This document shows positions 1 through 11,700 of a DNA stretch of 64,000 nucleotides, one piece after another (positions within the stretch are counted from its first letter, which is position 1; every line of letters starts with the position of its first letter). This DNA comes from Squalus acanthias (Eukaryota). The position numbers were made by a program, and so were the translations under genes. The DNA lies in contig CM059433.1 in assembly GCA_030390025.1 (NCBI GenBank), positions 8,310,001 to 8,374,000 of the forward strand, in the 5' to 3' direction. Under the pieces are notes generated by a model. The model had not been told where the DNA came from, did not search any database, and saw only the letters and a program-made list of their open reading frames with translations.

Positions 1-246
1 ATCCGGGAAGGCGCCGAACACCTCGAGTCGCTTCGCCGGGAGCAAGCAGAAGCCAAGCGCAAGCAGCGCAAGGAGCGCACGTCAACCCAAGCACCCCACC
101 CACCCGCCCCTTCAACCACCGTCTGCCCCACCTGTGACAGAGACTGTAGGTCCCTCCTTGGACTCATCAGTCACCTGAGAACTCATTTTTAGTGTGGCAG
201 CAAGTCATCCTCGGTTCTGAGGGACTGCCTAAGAAGAAGAGAAGGA
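1..246 (+). mobile_element. RTE-clade (BovB-like) LINE, 3' end, cut by window edge
   Basis: Frame 1 reads IREGAEHLESLRREQAEAK...VCPTCDRDCRS..LISHLRTHF* (C-terminal CxxC..H..H), then a short 3' UTR and AAG-rich tail; near-identical to the minus-strand copy at 62547-63050. Confidence 0.8.
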
Positions 247-554
247 TTAAATAGATTGGGTGAGAGCCATAATAAAATAGATTGCACGGAAAGGAGCTAG
301 TTTGATGGGCTGAATGGTCTTTCTGTGTCCCACGCTTCCTTGTGTCTAATGGCTTCAGTTGGTGCACTACTTCAGTGGTGTCATTTCTTTATATATTTCT
401 CTCCCTTTCCTCATGTGTTTGCCTCGCAAGCCGGAGACTGGTTACCTCGCCCAGGTGCACATTATCCATCTGTGAGTGTTAACAATGAATGTTGGCAGGC
501 CAATCTCAGTGCAAGGTGGCATCACCACCAAACTTATTCCGTCCTCACCCCATG

Positions 555-1030
555 TGTCAGCTGTGGCTCAGTGGGCAGCACACTTGCCTCTGAGTCAGAA
601 GGTTGTGGGTTCATAGTCCCACTCCAGAGACTTGAGCTCATAAAGCTAGGCTGACACTCCCAGTGCAGCGCTGAGGAAGTGCTGCACTGTTGGAGGTGGC
701 GTCTTTCAGATGAAACGTTAAACCGGGGCCCCGTCTACCCTCTCAGGTGGATGTAAAAGATCCCCATGGGCACTATTTCGAAAAAGAGCAGGGGAGTTAT
801 CCCCAGTGTCCTGGGGCCAATATTTATCCCTCAACCAACATAACAAAAACAGATTATCTGGTCATCATCACATTGCCGTTTGTGGGAGCTTGCTGTGCGC
901 AAATTGGCTGCCGCGTTTCCCACATTACAACAGTGACACCACTTCAAAACTACGCCGTTGGCTGTAAAGCGCTTTGAGATGTCCGGTGGTTGTGAAAGGC
1001 GCTATATAAATGCAAGTCTTTCTTTTCTTT
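555..1030 (+). mobile_element. tRNA-derived DeuSINE (SacSINE1/AmnSINE1-like), full length
   Basis: Pol III A box TGGCTCAGTGG and B-box-like GGTTCATAGTCC; Deu-like core (gtctttcagatgaaacgttaaaccggggcc...aaagatccc...gtgtcctggggccaatattt); L2-like tail aaggcgctatataaatgcaagt plus (CTTT)n; at least 5 copies in the window. Confidence 0.8.
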
Positions 1031-1124
1031 CAATGTCCATACACACACATAATTCTATCAATAGTGATTAAGCGTGAGAACCTTGGATGATTTTTCCCAC
1101 CTGTGGCGCTGAGAGCAACTCATT

Positions 1125-1470
1125 CTTGGGATGTGGCCGTTGTGGCAAGGCCAGCAGTTATTGCATTGGTACAATTAAGAGTCAACCACGTTGGTGTTGA
1201 TTTGGAGTCAGATACAGGCCAGAGCACGGTAAGGACGGCAGGTTTCCTCCCCCAAGGGACATTAATCAACCAGCTGGATTTTTACGACAATCTGACAGCT
1301 TCATGGTCACTTTTACTGGTCCCAGCGTTTTATTTCCAGGATTTGCTTTTAAACTGAATTCCAATGCTCAAACGGCCACAGGTGGTGATTTGAACTCACA
1401 GTTCTCTGTATTATTGCTCCAGGCCTCTGGACTAATAGTCCAGTGACATCACCATTACACTATATCACAC
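1125..1470 (-). mobile_element. Degraded tRNA-derived SINE with CR1-Zenon-like 3' tail
   Basis: Reverse-complement similarity to the SINE at 41384-41755 and to the Zenon-like 3' end (gggatgtggccgttgtggcaaggccagc). Confidence 0.5.
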
Positions 1471-1659
1471 CCTGATCGATTGCACTACCTCGATGACCAC
1501 AATGGCTGCGATCGAACTGCGGCCTGAACCTGACACCTTCCTTTGGTGATGTGATTGACAGGCGACACGGCTGACTGTACTCAGTAATGTAACTTGCCAA
1601 TCATGCCACCAACTAAAGGTTGCCAGTCTAATGATCTAAATGCATTCACTGTATATTAA

Positions 1660-4600
1660 TTTCCGAGGCTCCCCTGCCGCAACCCCAACTGTCCCATCCT
1701 ACTCTCTCGCCGACCTTCCCACCCAGCGCGCCCACTGGGGGCTAATCTCGCCAATCTCATCCCCGTCCAACTCATCCCTCCCCCAGCGCTGACCCTGTGG
1801 ACGCTGGCAGTGGGACAGCCATCACCGACCCTCTCCGCATCTCCCTTCAGAATGTCCGTTCACTTGCGAACAAGGCCCTTGTCATCCATGAGCTTATCGT
1901 GGATGATTGCATCGACATCATGGCCCTGACAGAAACTTGGCTGAGGGGAGATGACACCTTACTCTTAAATGAAGCCTCCCCGCCTGGCTATACCTTCCAC
2001 CACTTACCACACTCAGACTGCCGTGGTGGCGGTGTGGCCCTCATCACCAAATCACACCTTGGTCTGTCCCCCTACTCCTCCGGCACTTTCTCCTCCTTTG
2101 AGCATCTCACCTTATTCCACCCCTCTCACCTCTCATTTAAAATTCTCGTTCTCTACTCATAAAAATGTTATTACCGAGATACCTTCACTGCTCACCTCCC
2201 TCAGCCTCTGCACCAAATGACTTCTCAACCTCGGTGATTTCAACCTGCATCTCAATTCATCATGCTCTCTCTCCTCTGAGTTCACGAGCCTCCTATCCGC
2301 CCTGAATCTCTTCCTCCATGTAAACTCCCCAACCCGTATTCACGGCCACCCCCTCGACCTTGCCATCTCTCGTGGCCTCGCTATTCCCATCGTGTCAATC
2401 GCAGATAAGGCCATCTCTGACCACTTCCTCGTATCGCTCTCCACCCACATCCCCCTTCCACCCCCCAACCCTACTTCCTTCTGTGTTCACCCCTGGAAAA
2501 AACTCTCTCCCAACTCTCTTACAACTGTACTTATGAAATCCCAACTGTCCGGCCTTTGGCCCTCCATTCACCATGACATTTGTGCAGCTACCGATCTGCT
2601 CAACCACACCCTCACCACCACCTTTGATGCCCTGGTCCCTAATAAAATAATTACACTCTCTCACGCTGTCCGCTCCCCCTGGTACGGCCCTAATCTTCGC
2701 TCCCTTAAGTCCAAGGGACGCAGACTTGAACAGACATGGCGGACAACTGGCTAAGCCATTCACCGCCAGATCTGGCTGGACCACATAAAGCATTATCAGG
2801 TCCTGCTCTCATCTGCCAAAATTGCTCACTATTCCAGAATCATTCTGGAATACAAAGATAAACCCTGGCTTCTATTCTCCGCTGCTAACCGTCTTCTTAA
2901 ACCCCTCTCCCCGTCTCCTCCAACTTCACCTTTGACAACAAGTGTGAGGAGCTCAAGGACTTCTTTGTCTCTAAGATTGAGACCATCCGTTCAGCTGCCT
3001 CTGCCACTTCCCTTCCTTCCCCTAGCCCACTGGGCCAAACTTCCTCCAAGGTTCCCCCCTGCCCTAGCCCTGAACTCACATCTTTCTCCAGTTTCTCTCT
3101 GATCTCCCCTCATGACCTCTCCACGCTCATCTTGTCCATGAGACCCACTGCCAGTTCCCTCGACCCTATTCACACCAAACTGCTGACCACCCAACTTCCC
3201 TTCCTGGTTCCCATGTTAGCTGGCATTGTTAACGGTTCTCTCTCCTCAGGTACTGTCGCCCTCTCCCTCAAATCTGCCGTCATCACCCCTCTCCTCAAAA
3301 AAAACAACCCTTGACCCCTCCGTCCTTGCAAACTACCGCCCCATCTCCAACCTCCATTTCCTGTCCAAAGTCCTTGAACGTGTTGTCGCCTCCCAAATCC
3401 GTGCCCATCTTTCCCGCAACTCCATGTTTGAATCCCTCCAATCAGGTTTCCGCCTCGCCACAGAACTGAAATGGCTCTCACCAAAGTCACAAATGACATC
3501 CTTTGTGACTGTGACAAAGGTAAACTATCCCTCCTCGTCCTTCTTGACTTGTCTGCAGCCTTTGACATGGTTGACCACTCCATCCTTCTCCAATGCCTCT
3601 CCACCGTCGTCCAGCTGGGTGGGACTGCACTCACCTGGTTCAATTCTTATCTATCTAATCGTAGCCAGAGAATCACCTGCAACAGATTCTCTTCCCGCTC
3701 CCGCATCGTTACCTCTGGTGTCCCACAAGGATCTATCCTTGGCCCCCTCCTATTTCTCATCTACATATTGCCACTTGGTGACATCATCCAAAAGCACAGC
3801 ATCAGTTTCCACATGTACGCTGACGACACCCAGCTCTACCTCACTACCTCTTCTCTCGACCCCTCCACGGTCTCTAAATTGTCAGACTGCTTGTCCGACA
3901 TACAGTTCTGGATGAGCAAAAATTTTCTCCAATTAAATATTGGGAGACCGAAGCCATTGTTTTCGGTCCCCGCCACAAACTCCGTTCCCTAGCCACTGAC
4001 TCCATCGCTCTCCCGAACATCTGTCTGAGGCTGAACCACATTGTTCACAACCTTGGTGTCATATTTGACCCTGAAATGAGTTTCCGACCACATATCCGCA
4101 GCATAACTAAGACCGTCTATTTCCACCTCCGTAACATCGCCCGTCTCCGCCCTTGCCTCAGCTCATCCGCTGCTGAAACCCTCATCCATGCCTTTGTTAC
4201 CTCTAGACTTGACTATTCTGACGCACTCCTGGCTGGCCTCCCACATTCTACCCTATGTAAACTTGAGGACATCCAAAACTCGGCTGCCCGTGTCCTAACT
4301 CGCACCAAGTCCCGTTCACCCATCACTCCTGTGCTCGCTGACCTACATTGGCTCCCGGTTAAGCAACGCCTCGATTTCAAAATTCTCATCCTTGTTTTCA
4401 AATCCCTCCATGGCCTCGCCCCTCCCTATCTCTGTAATCTCCTTCAGCCCCACAACCCCCCGAGATATCTGCGCTCCTCTAATTCTGCCCTCTTGAGCAT
4501 CCCTGATTATAATCACTCAACCTTTGGTGGCCGTGCCTTCTGTTGCCTCGGCCCCAAGCTCTGGAATTCCCTGCCTAAACCCCTCCGCCTCGCTACCTCT

Positions 4601-4781
4601 CTTTCCTCCTTTAAGACGCTCCTTAAAACCTACCTCTTTGACCAAGCTTTTGGTCACCTGACCTAATTTATCCTTGTGTGGATCGGTGTCAAATTTTTTG
4701 TCTTAAAATATTCCTGTGCAGCACCTTGGGACATTTTACTACGTTAAAGGCGCTGTATAAATACAAGTTGTTCTTGTTGTT
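1660..4781 (+). mobile_element. L2-clade LINE, near-complete ORF2 (APE endonuclease + RT), inactivated by stops and frameshifts
   Basis: APE motifs LQNVRSL, DIMALTETWL, GDFN, SDH; RT motifs NYRPISNL, LLDLSAAFD, GVPQGSILGP, YADDTQLY; L2 C-terminus AFVTSRLDY..LHWLPV; 3' end aaatacaagttgtt(c/g)ttgtt; 5' boundary approximate. Confidence 0.9.
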
Positions 4782-5747
4782 TTGCTGAATAACAAGTCAG
4801 AAAACAGAATACTCTGATTTTTTTTCTCCTGCCAACCAGCCAGATTATACACAGCTCCGACATCCTGTGACTCTCCAGAGTTTTAAATTCTGCCATGCCC
4901 GTTGAAGCCACATATTCAATAGAGGCCACTTAATGATCTGTGCGAAGGGGAGGCTTCGCTGGGTCCGCGCTCGGGCGCACTGGGTGCAGCGAATGTTCAA
5001 TAATTTGGTGGGTCAGAGCACTTGCCTGTAAAGGAACCTGTCCAATATGTCTGAATTAAGTTCAATGGAGAAACTGGGGAGGGTCTCCTTATGGACGTGC
5101 ACTTTGACCCGCTCAATTTTCCAGCGTTTGATGCGATCCAATGCACTTGGGTGCAGATCCAGGCAAATCTCCCCCTTAATGTTTAGCAAAGGAAATGACC
5201 CAAATCCACAGGGATTCCTTTGCAAGGAAAAATATGCAAGAGTTGGGCTCAGGAAGGAAACCTCTGACTCCATAGTATTTGTGGGGCTCCAGTTTTCCAT
5301 CTGATACCAAACTGGTTGCCTCATATTTCTAGAATCTAGATTGGAGAGAAGAGCTTTCATCTTTCAAGTGACATGGGATATATTGACATTACATATTTCC
5401 TTATTCTTTAGAAAAATATCAGTTCTTCCTTAATTTTCCTGCTTGGTTCTCACTTTTTGCGGGGGTCCGTGCAGAGGTGTTGCCGTGAGCACGGCCGCAT
5501 CTTTATCCGGGAATCGGCGCCAACTCATGCCACGTGTGAGAAAGCTGCTCCTCCTGAGGAAAGGGACCTGCTCTGCTGGCCTTGGCCTTGTCGCGGTTCC
5601 TGGCTGCCACCCGGTGCCGCTGCTCTGAGGAACTGGATTGTGCTGCGAATACTCATCATCGCACATTACATTCAAACCAGAGCGGCGGTGAGGAAAGAGC
5701 GAGGAAAGCAACAACATGAATTAGGCAGGAGGTGGTGAGGGTGGGAA

Positions 5748-8700
5748 AGAGTGTGAGTGTGAACTGAAGAGAGAGAGAGTGAACTGAAGAGAGAGAGAGA
5801 GTGAACTGAAGAGAGAGAGAGAGTGAACTGAAGAGAGAGAGAGGGAACTGAAGAGAGAGAGAGTGAGCTGAAGAGAGAGAGAGAGTGAACTGAAGAGAGA
5901 GAGAGAGAGTGAACTGAAGAGAAAGAGAGTGAACTGAAGAGAGAGAGAGTGAACTGAAGAGAGAGAGAGAGTGAACTGAAGAGAGAGAGAGTGAACTGAA
6001 GAGAGAGAGAGTGAACTGAAGAGAGAGAGAGTGTGAACTGAAGAGAGAGAGAGTGAACTGAAGAGAGAGAGAGTGATCTGAAGAGAGAGAGAGAGTGAAC
6101 TGAAGAGAGAGAGAGTGAACTGAAGAGAGAGAGAGTGAACTGAAGAGAAAGAGAGTGAACTGAAGAGAGAGAGAGTGAACTGAAGAGAGAGAGAGTGATC
6201 TGAAGAGAGAGAGAGAGTGAACTGAAGAGAGAGAGAGAGTGAACTGAAGAGAGAGAGAGTGAACTGAAGAGAGAGAGAGTGAACTGATGAGAGAGAGAGT
6301 GAACTGAAGAGAGAGAGAGTGAACTGAAGAGAGAGAGAGAGTGAACTGAAGAGAGAGAGAGTGAACTGAAGAGAGAGAGAGTGAACTGAAGAGAGAGAGA
6401 GAGTGAACTGAAGAGAGAGAGAGAGTGAACTGAAGAGAGAGAGAGTGAACTGAAGAGAGAGAGAGAGTGAACTGAAGAGAGAGAGAGAGTGAACTGAAGA
6501 GAGAGAGAGTGAACTGAAGAGAGAGAGAGAGTGAACTGAAGAGAGAGAGAGAGAGTGAACTGAAGAGAGAGAGAGTGAACTGAAGAGAGAGAGAGTGAAC
6601 TGAAGAGAGAGAGAGAGTGAACTGAAGAGAGAGAGAGTGAACTGAAGAGAGAGAGAGTGAAATGAAGAGAGAGAGAGTGAACTGAAGAGAGAGAGAGAGA
6701 GTGAACTGAAGAGAGAGAGAGTGAACTGAAGAGAGAGAGAGAGTGAACTGAAGAGAGAGAGAGAGTGAACTGAAGAGAGAGAGAGAGTGAACTGAAGAGA
6801 GAGAGAGTGAACTGAAGAGAAAGAGAGTGAACTGAAGAGAGAGAGAGTGAACTGAAGAGAGAGAGAGTGATCTGAAGAGAGAGAGAGAGTGAACTGAAGA
6901 GAGAGAGAGAGTGAACTGAAGAGAGAGAGAGTGAACTGAAGAGAGAGAGAGTGAACTGATGAGAGAGAGAGTGAACTGAAGAGAGAGAGAGTGAACTGAA
7001 GAGAGAGAGAGAGTGAACTGAAGAGAGAGAGAGTGAACTGAAGAGAGAGAGAGTGAACTGAAGAGAGAGAGAGAGTGAACTGAAGAGAGAGAGAGAGTGA
7101 ACTGAAGAGAGAGAGAGTGAACTGAAGAGAGAGAGAGAGTGAACTGAAGAGAGAGAGAGAGTGAACTGAAGAGAGAGAGAGTGAACTGAAGAGAGAGAGA
7201 GAGTGAACTGAAGAGAGAGAGAGAGAGTGAACTGAAGAGAGAGAGAGTGAACTGAAGAGAGAGAGAGTGAACTGAAGAGAGAGAGAGAGTGAACTGAAGA
7301 GAGAGAGAGTGAACTGAAGAGAGAGAGAGTGAAATGAAGAGAGAGAGAGTGAACTGAAGAGAGAGAGAGAGTGAACTGAAGAGAGAGAGAGAGAGTGAAC
7401 TGAAGAGAGAGAGAGAGTGAACTGAAGGGAGAGAGAGAGTGAACTGAAGAGAGAGAGAGTGAACTGAAGAGAGAGAGAGTGAACTGAAGAGAGAGAGAGA
7501 GTGAACTGAAGAGAGAGAGAGAGAGTGAACTGAAGAGAGAGAGAGAGAGTGAACTGAAGAGAGAGAGAGAGTGAACTGAAGAGAGAGAGAGAGTGAACTG
7601 AAGAGAGAGAGAGTGAACTGAAGAGAGAGAGAGAGTGAACTGAAGAGAGAGAGAGTGAACTGAAGAGAGAGAAAGTGAACTGAAGAGAGAGAGAGAGTGA
7701 ACTGAAGAGAGAGAGAGAGTGAACTGAAGAGAGAGAGAGAGTGAACTGAAGAGAGAGAGAGAGAGTGAACTGAAGAGAGAGAGAGTGAACTGAAGAGAGA
7801 GAGAGTGAACTGAAGAGAGAGAGAGAGTGAACTGAAGAGAGAGAGAGTGAACTGAAGAGAGAGAGAGAGTGAACTGAAGAGAGAGAGAGTGAACTGAAGA
7901 GAGAGAGAGAGTGAACTGAAGAGAGAGAGAGAGTGAACTGAGAGAGAGAGAGAGTGAACTGAAGAGAGAGAGAGTGAACTGAAGAGAGAGAGAGTGAACT
8001 GAAGAGAGAGAGAGTGAACTGAAGAGAGAGAGAGAGTGAACTGAAGAGAGAGAGAGAGTGAACTGAAGAGAGAGAGAGAGTGAACTGAAGAGAGAGAGAG
8101 TGAACTGAAGAGAGAGAGAGAGTGAACTGAAGAGAGAGAGAGTGAACTGAAGAGAGAGAGAGTGAACTGAAGAGAGAGAGAGTGAACTGAAGAGAGAGAG
8201 AGTGAACTGAAGGAGAGAGAGAGTGAACTGAAGAGAGAGAGAGTGAACTGAAGAGAGAGAGAGTGAACTGAAGAGAGAGAGAGAGTGAACTGAAGAGAGA
8301 GAGAGTGAACTGAAGAGAGAGAGTGAACTGAAGAGAGAGAGAGTGAACTGAAGAGAGAGAGAGAGTGAACTGAAGAGAGAGAGAGTGAACTGAAGAGAGA
8401 GAGAGAGTGAACTGAAGAGAGAGAGAGTGAACTGAAGAGAGAGAGAGAGTGAACTGAAGAGAGAGAGAGAGTGAACTGAAGAGAGAGAGAGTGAACTGAA
8501 GAGAGAGAGAGAGTGAACTGAAGAGAGAGAGAGAGAGAGAGTGAACTGAAGAGAGAGAGAGAGTGAACTGAAGGGAGAGAGAGTGAACTGAAGAGAGAGA
8601 GAGAGTGAACTGAAGAGAGAGAGAGAGTGAACTGAAGAATGAGAGAGAGTGAACTGAAGAGAGAGAGAGAGAGTGAACTGAAGAGAGAGAGAGTGAACTG

Positions 8701-11700
8701 AAGAGAGAGAGAGAGAGTGAACTGAAGAGAGAGAGAGTGAACTGAAGAGAGAGAGAGAGTGAACTGAAGAGAGAGAGAGAGTGAACTGAAGAGAGAGAGA
8801 GAGAGTGAACTGAAGAGAGAGAGAGTGAACTGAAGAGAGAGAGAGAGTGAACTGAAGAGAGAGAGAGAGTGAACTGAAGAGAGAGAGAGTGTGAACTGAA
8901 GAGAGAGAGAGAGTGAACTGAAGAGAGAGAGAGTGAACTGAAGAGAGAGAGAGTGAACTGAAGAGAGAGAGAGAGTGAACTGAAGAGAGAGAGTGAACTG
9001 AAGAGAGAGAGAGTGAACTGAAGAGAGAGAGAGAGTGAACTGAAGAGAGAGAGTGTGAACTGAAGAGAGAGAGAGAGAGTGAACTGAAGAGAGAGAGAGT
9101 GAACTGAAGAGAGAGAGAGTGAACTGAAGAGAGAGAGAGAGTGAACTGAAGAGAGAGAGAGAGAGTGAACTGAAGAGAGAGAGAGAGAGTGAACTGAAGA
9201 GAGAGAGAGGGAACTGAAGAGAGAGAGTGAACTGAAGAGAGAGAGAGAGAGTGAACTGAAGAGAGAGAGTGAACTGAAGAGAGAGAGAGAGAGTGAACTG
9301 AAGAGAGAGAGAGAGAGTGAACTGAAGTCGGGAGAGAGGGAACTGAAGAGAGAGAGTGAACTGAAGAGAGAGAGAGAGTGAACTGAAGAGAGAGAGAGTG
9401 AACTGAAGAGAGAGAGACTGTGAACTGAAGAGAGAGAGAGAGAGTGAACTGAAGAGAGAGAGAGTGAACTGAAGAGAGAGAGAGAGTGAACTGAAGAGAG
9501 AGAGTGAACTGAAGAGAGAGAGAGGGAACTGAAGAGAGAGAGTGAACTGAAGAGAGAGAGAGAGTGAACTGAAGAGAGAGAGTGTGAACTGAAGAGAGAG
9601 AGAGAGAGTGAACTGAAGAGAGAGAGAGAGTGAACTGAAGAGAGTGAGAGAGAGTGAACTGAAGAGAGAGAGAGTGAACTGAAGAGAGAGAGTGTGAACT
9701 GAAGAGAGAGAGAGAGAGTGAACTGAAGAGAGAGAGAGAGTGAACTGAAGAGAGTGAGAGAGAGTGAACTGAAGAGAGAGAGAGTGAACTGAAGAGAGAG
9801 AGAGTGAACTGAAGAGAGAGAGAGAGTGAACTGAAGAGAGAGAGGGAACTGAAGAGAGAGAGAGAGTGCACTGAAGAGAGAGAGAGAGTGAACTGAAGAG
9901 AGAGAGAGTGAACTGAAGAGAGAGAGAGTGAACTGAAGAGAGAGATATAGTGAACTGAAGAGAGAGAGAGAGTGAACTGAAGAGAGAGAGAGTGAACTGA
10001 AGAGAGAGAGTGAACTGAAGAGAGAGAGAGTGAACTGAAGAGAGAGAGTGAACTGAAGAGAGAGAGAGTGAACTGAAGAGAGAGAGAGAGTGAACTGAAG
10101 AGAGAGAGAGAGTGAACTGAAGAGAGAGAGAGAGTGAACTGAAGATAGAGAGTGAACTGAAGAGAGAGAGAGAGTGAACTGAAGAGAGAGAGAGAGTGAA
10201 CTGAAGAGAGAGAGAGAGTGAACTGCAGAGAGAGAGAGTGAACTGAAGAGAGAGAGATTGAACTGAAGAGAGAGAGAGTGAACTGAAGAGAGAGAGAGTG
10301 AACTGAAGAGAGAGAGAGTGAACTGAAGAGAGAGAGAGAGTGAACTGAAGAGAGAGAGAGAGAGTGAACTGAAGAGAGAGAGAGTGAACTGAAGAGAGAG
10401 AGAGTGAACTGAAGAGAGAGAGAGTGAACTGAAGAGAGAGAGAGAGTGAACTGAAGAGAGAGAGAGAGTGAACTGAAGAGAGAGAGAGAGTGAACTGAAG
10501 AGAGAGAGAGTGAACTGAAGAGAGAGAGAGTGAGTGAACTGAAGAGAGAGAGAGAGAGTGAACTGAAGAGAGAGAGAGAGTGAACTGAAGAGAGAGAGAG
10601 AGTGAACTGAAGAGAGAGAGAGAGTGAACTGAAGAGAGAGAGAGAGAGTGAACTGAAGAGAGAGAGAGAGAGTGAACTGAAGAGAGAGAGAGAGTGAACT
10701 GAAGAGAGAGAGAGAGTGAACTGAAGAGAGAGAGAGAGAGTGAACTGAAGAGAGAGAGAGAGTGAACTGAAGAGAGAGAGAGAGTGAACTGAAGAGAGAG
10801 AGAGAGTGAACTGAAGAGAGAGAGAGTGAACTGAAGAGAGAGAGAGTGAACTGAAGAGAGAGAGAGTGAACTGAAGAGAGAGAGAGAGTGAACTGAAGAG
10901 AGAGAGAGAGTGAACTGAAGAGAGAGAGAATGAACTGAAGAGAGAGAGAGTGAACTGAAGAGAGAGAGAGAGTGAACTGAAGAGAGAGAGAGAGAGTGAA
11001 CTGAAGAGAGAGAGAATGAACTGAAGAGAGAGAGAGTGAACTGAAGAGAGAGAGAGAGAGTGAACTGAAGAGAGAGAGAGAGTGAACTGAAGAGAGAGAG
11101 AGAGAGTGAACTGAAGAGAGAGAGAGTGAACTGAAGAGAGAGAGAGTGAACTGAAGAGAGAGAGAGAGTGAACTGAAGAGAGAGAGAGAGAGTGAACTGA
11201 AGAGAGAGAGAGAGTGAACTGAAGAGAGAGAGAGTGAACTGAAGAGAGAGAGAGTGAACTGAAGAGAGAGAGAGTGAACTGAAGAGAGAGAGAGAGTGAA
11301 CTGAAGAGAGAGAGAGTGAACTGAAGAGAGAGAGAGAGTGAACTGAAGAGAGAGAGAGAGTGAACTGAAGAGAGAGAGAGTGAACTGAAGAGAGAGAGAG
11401 AGTGAACTGAAGAGAGAGAGAGAGTGAACTGAAGAGAGAGAGAGAGTGAACTGAAGAGAGAGAGAGTGAACTGAAGAGAGAGAGAGAGTGAACTGAAGAG
11501 AGAGAGAGAGTGAACTGAAGAGAGAGAGAGAGTGAACTGAAGAGAGAGAGAGAGTGAACTGAAGAGAGAGAGAGAGTGAACTGAAGAGAGAGAGAGTGAA
11601 CTGAAGAGAGAGAGAGAGTGAACTGAAGAGAGAGAGAGAGTGAACTGAAGAGAGAGAGAGTGAACTGAAGAGAGAGAGAGTGAACTGAAGAGAGAGAGAG

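Noticed and set aside
555..630. tRNA gene
   Set aside because: A/B boxes are present but run into the SINE body; no acceptor stem or terminator; repeated with each SINE copy
1797..4666. Functional endonuclease/reverse transcriptase gene
   Set aside because: L2 ORF2 is broken by several stops and frameshifts
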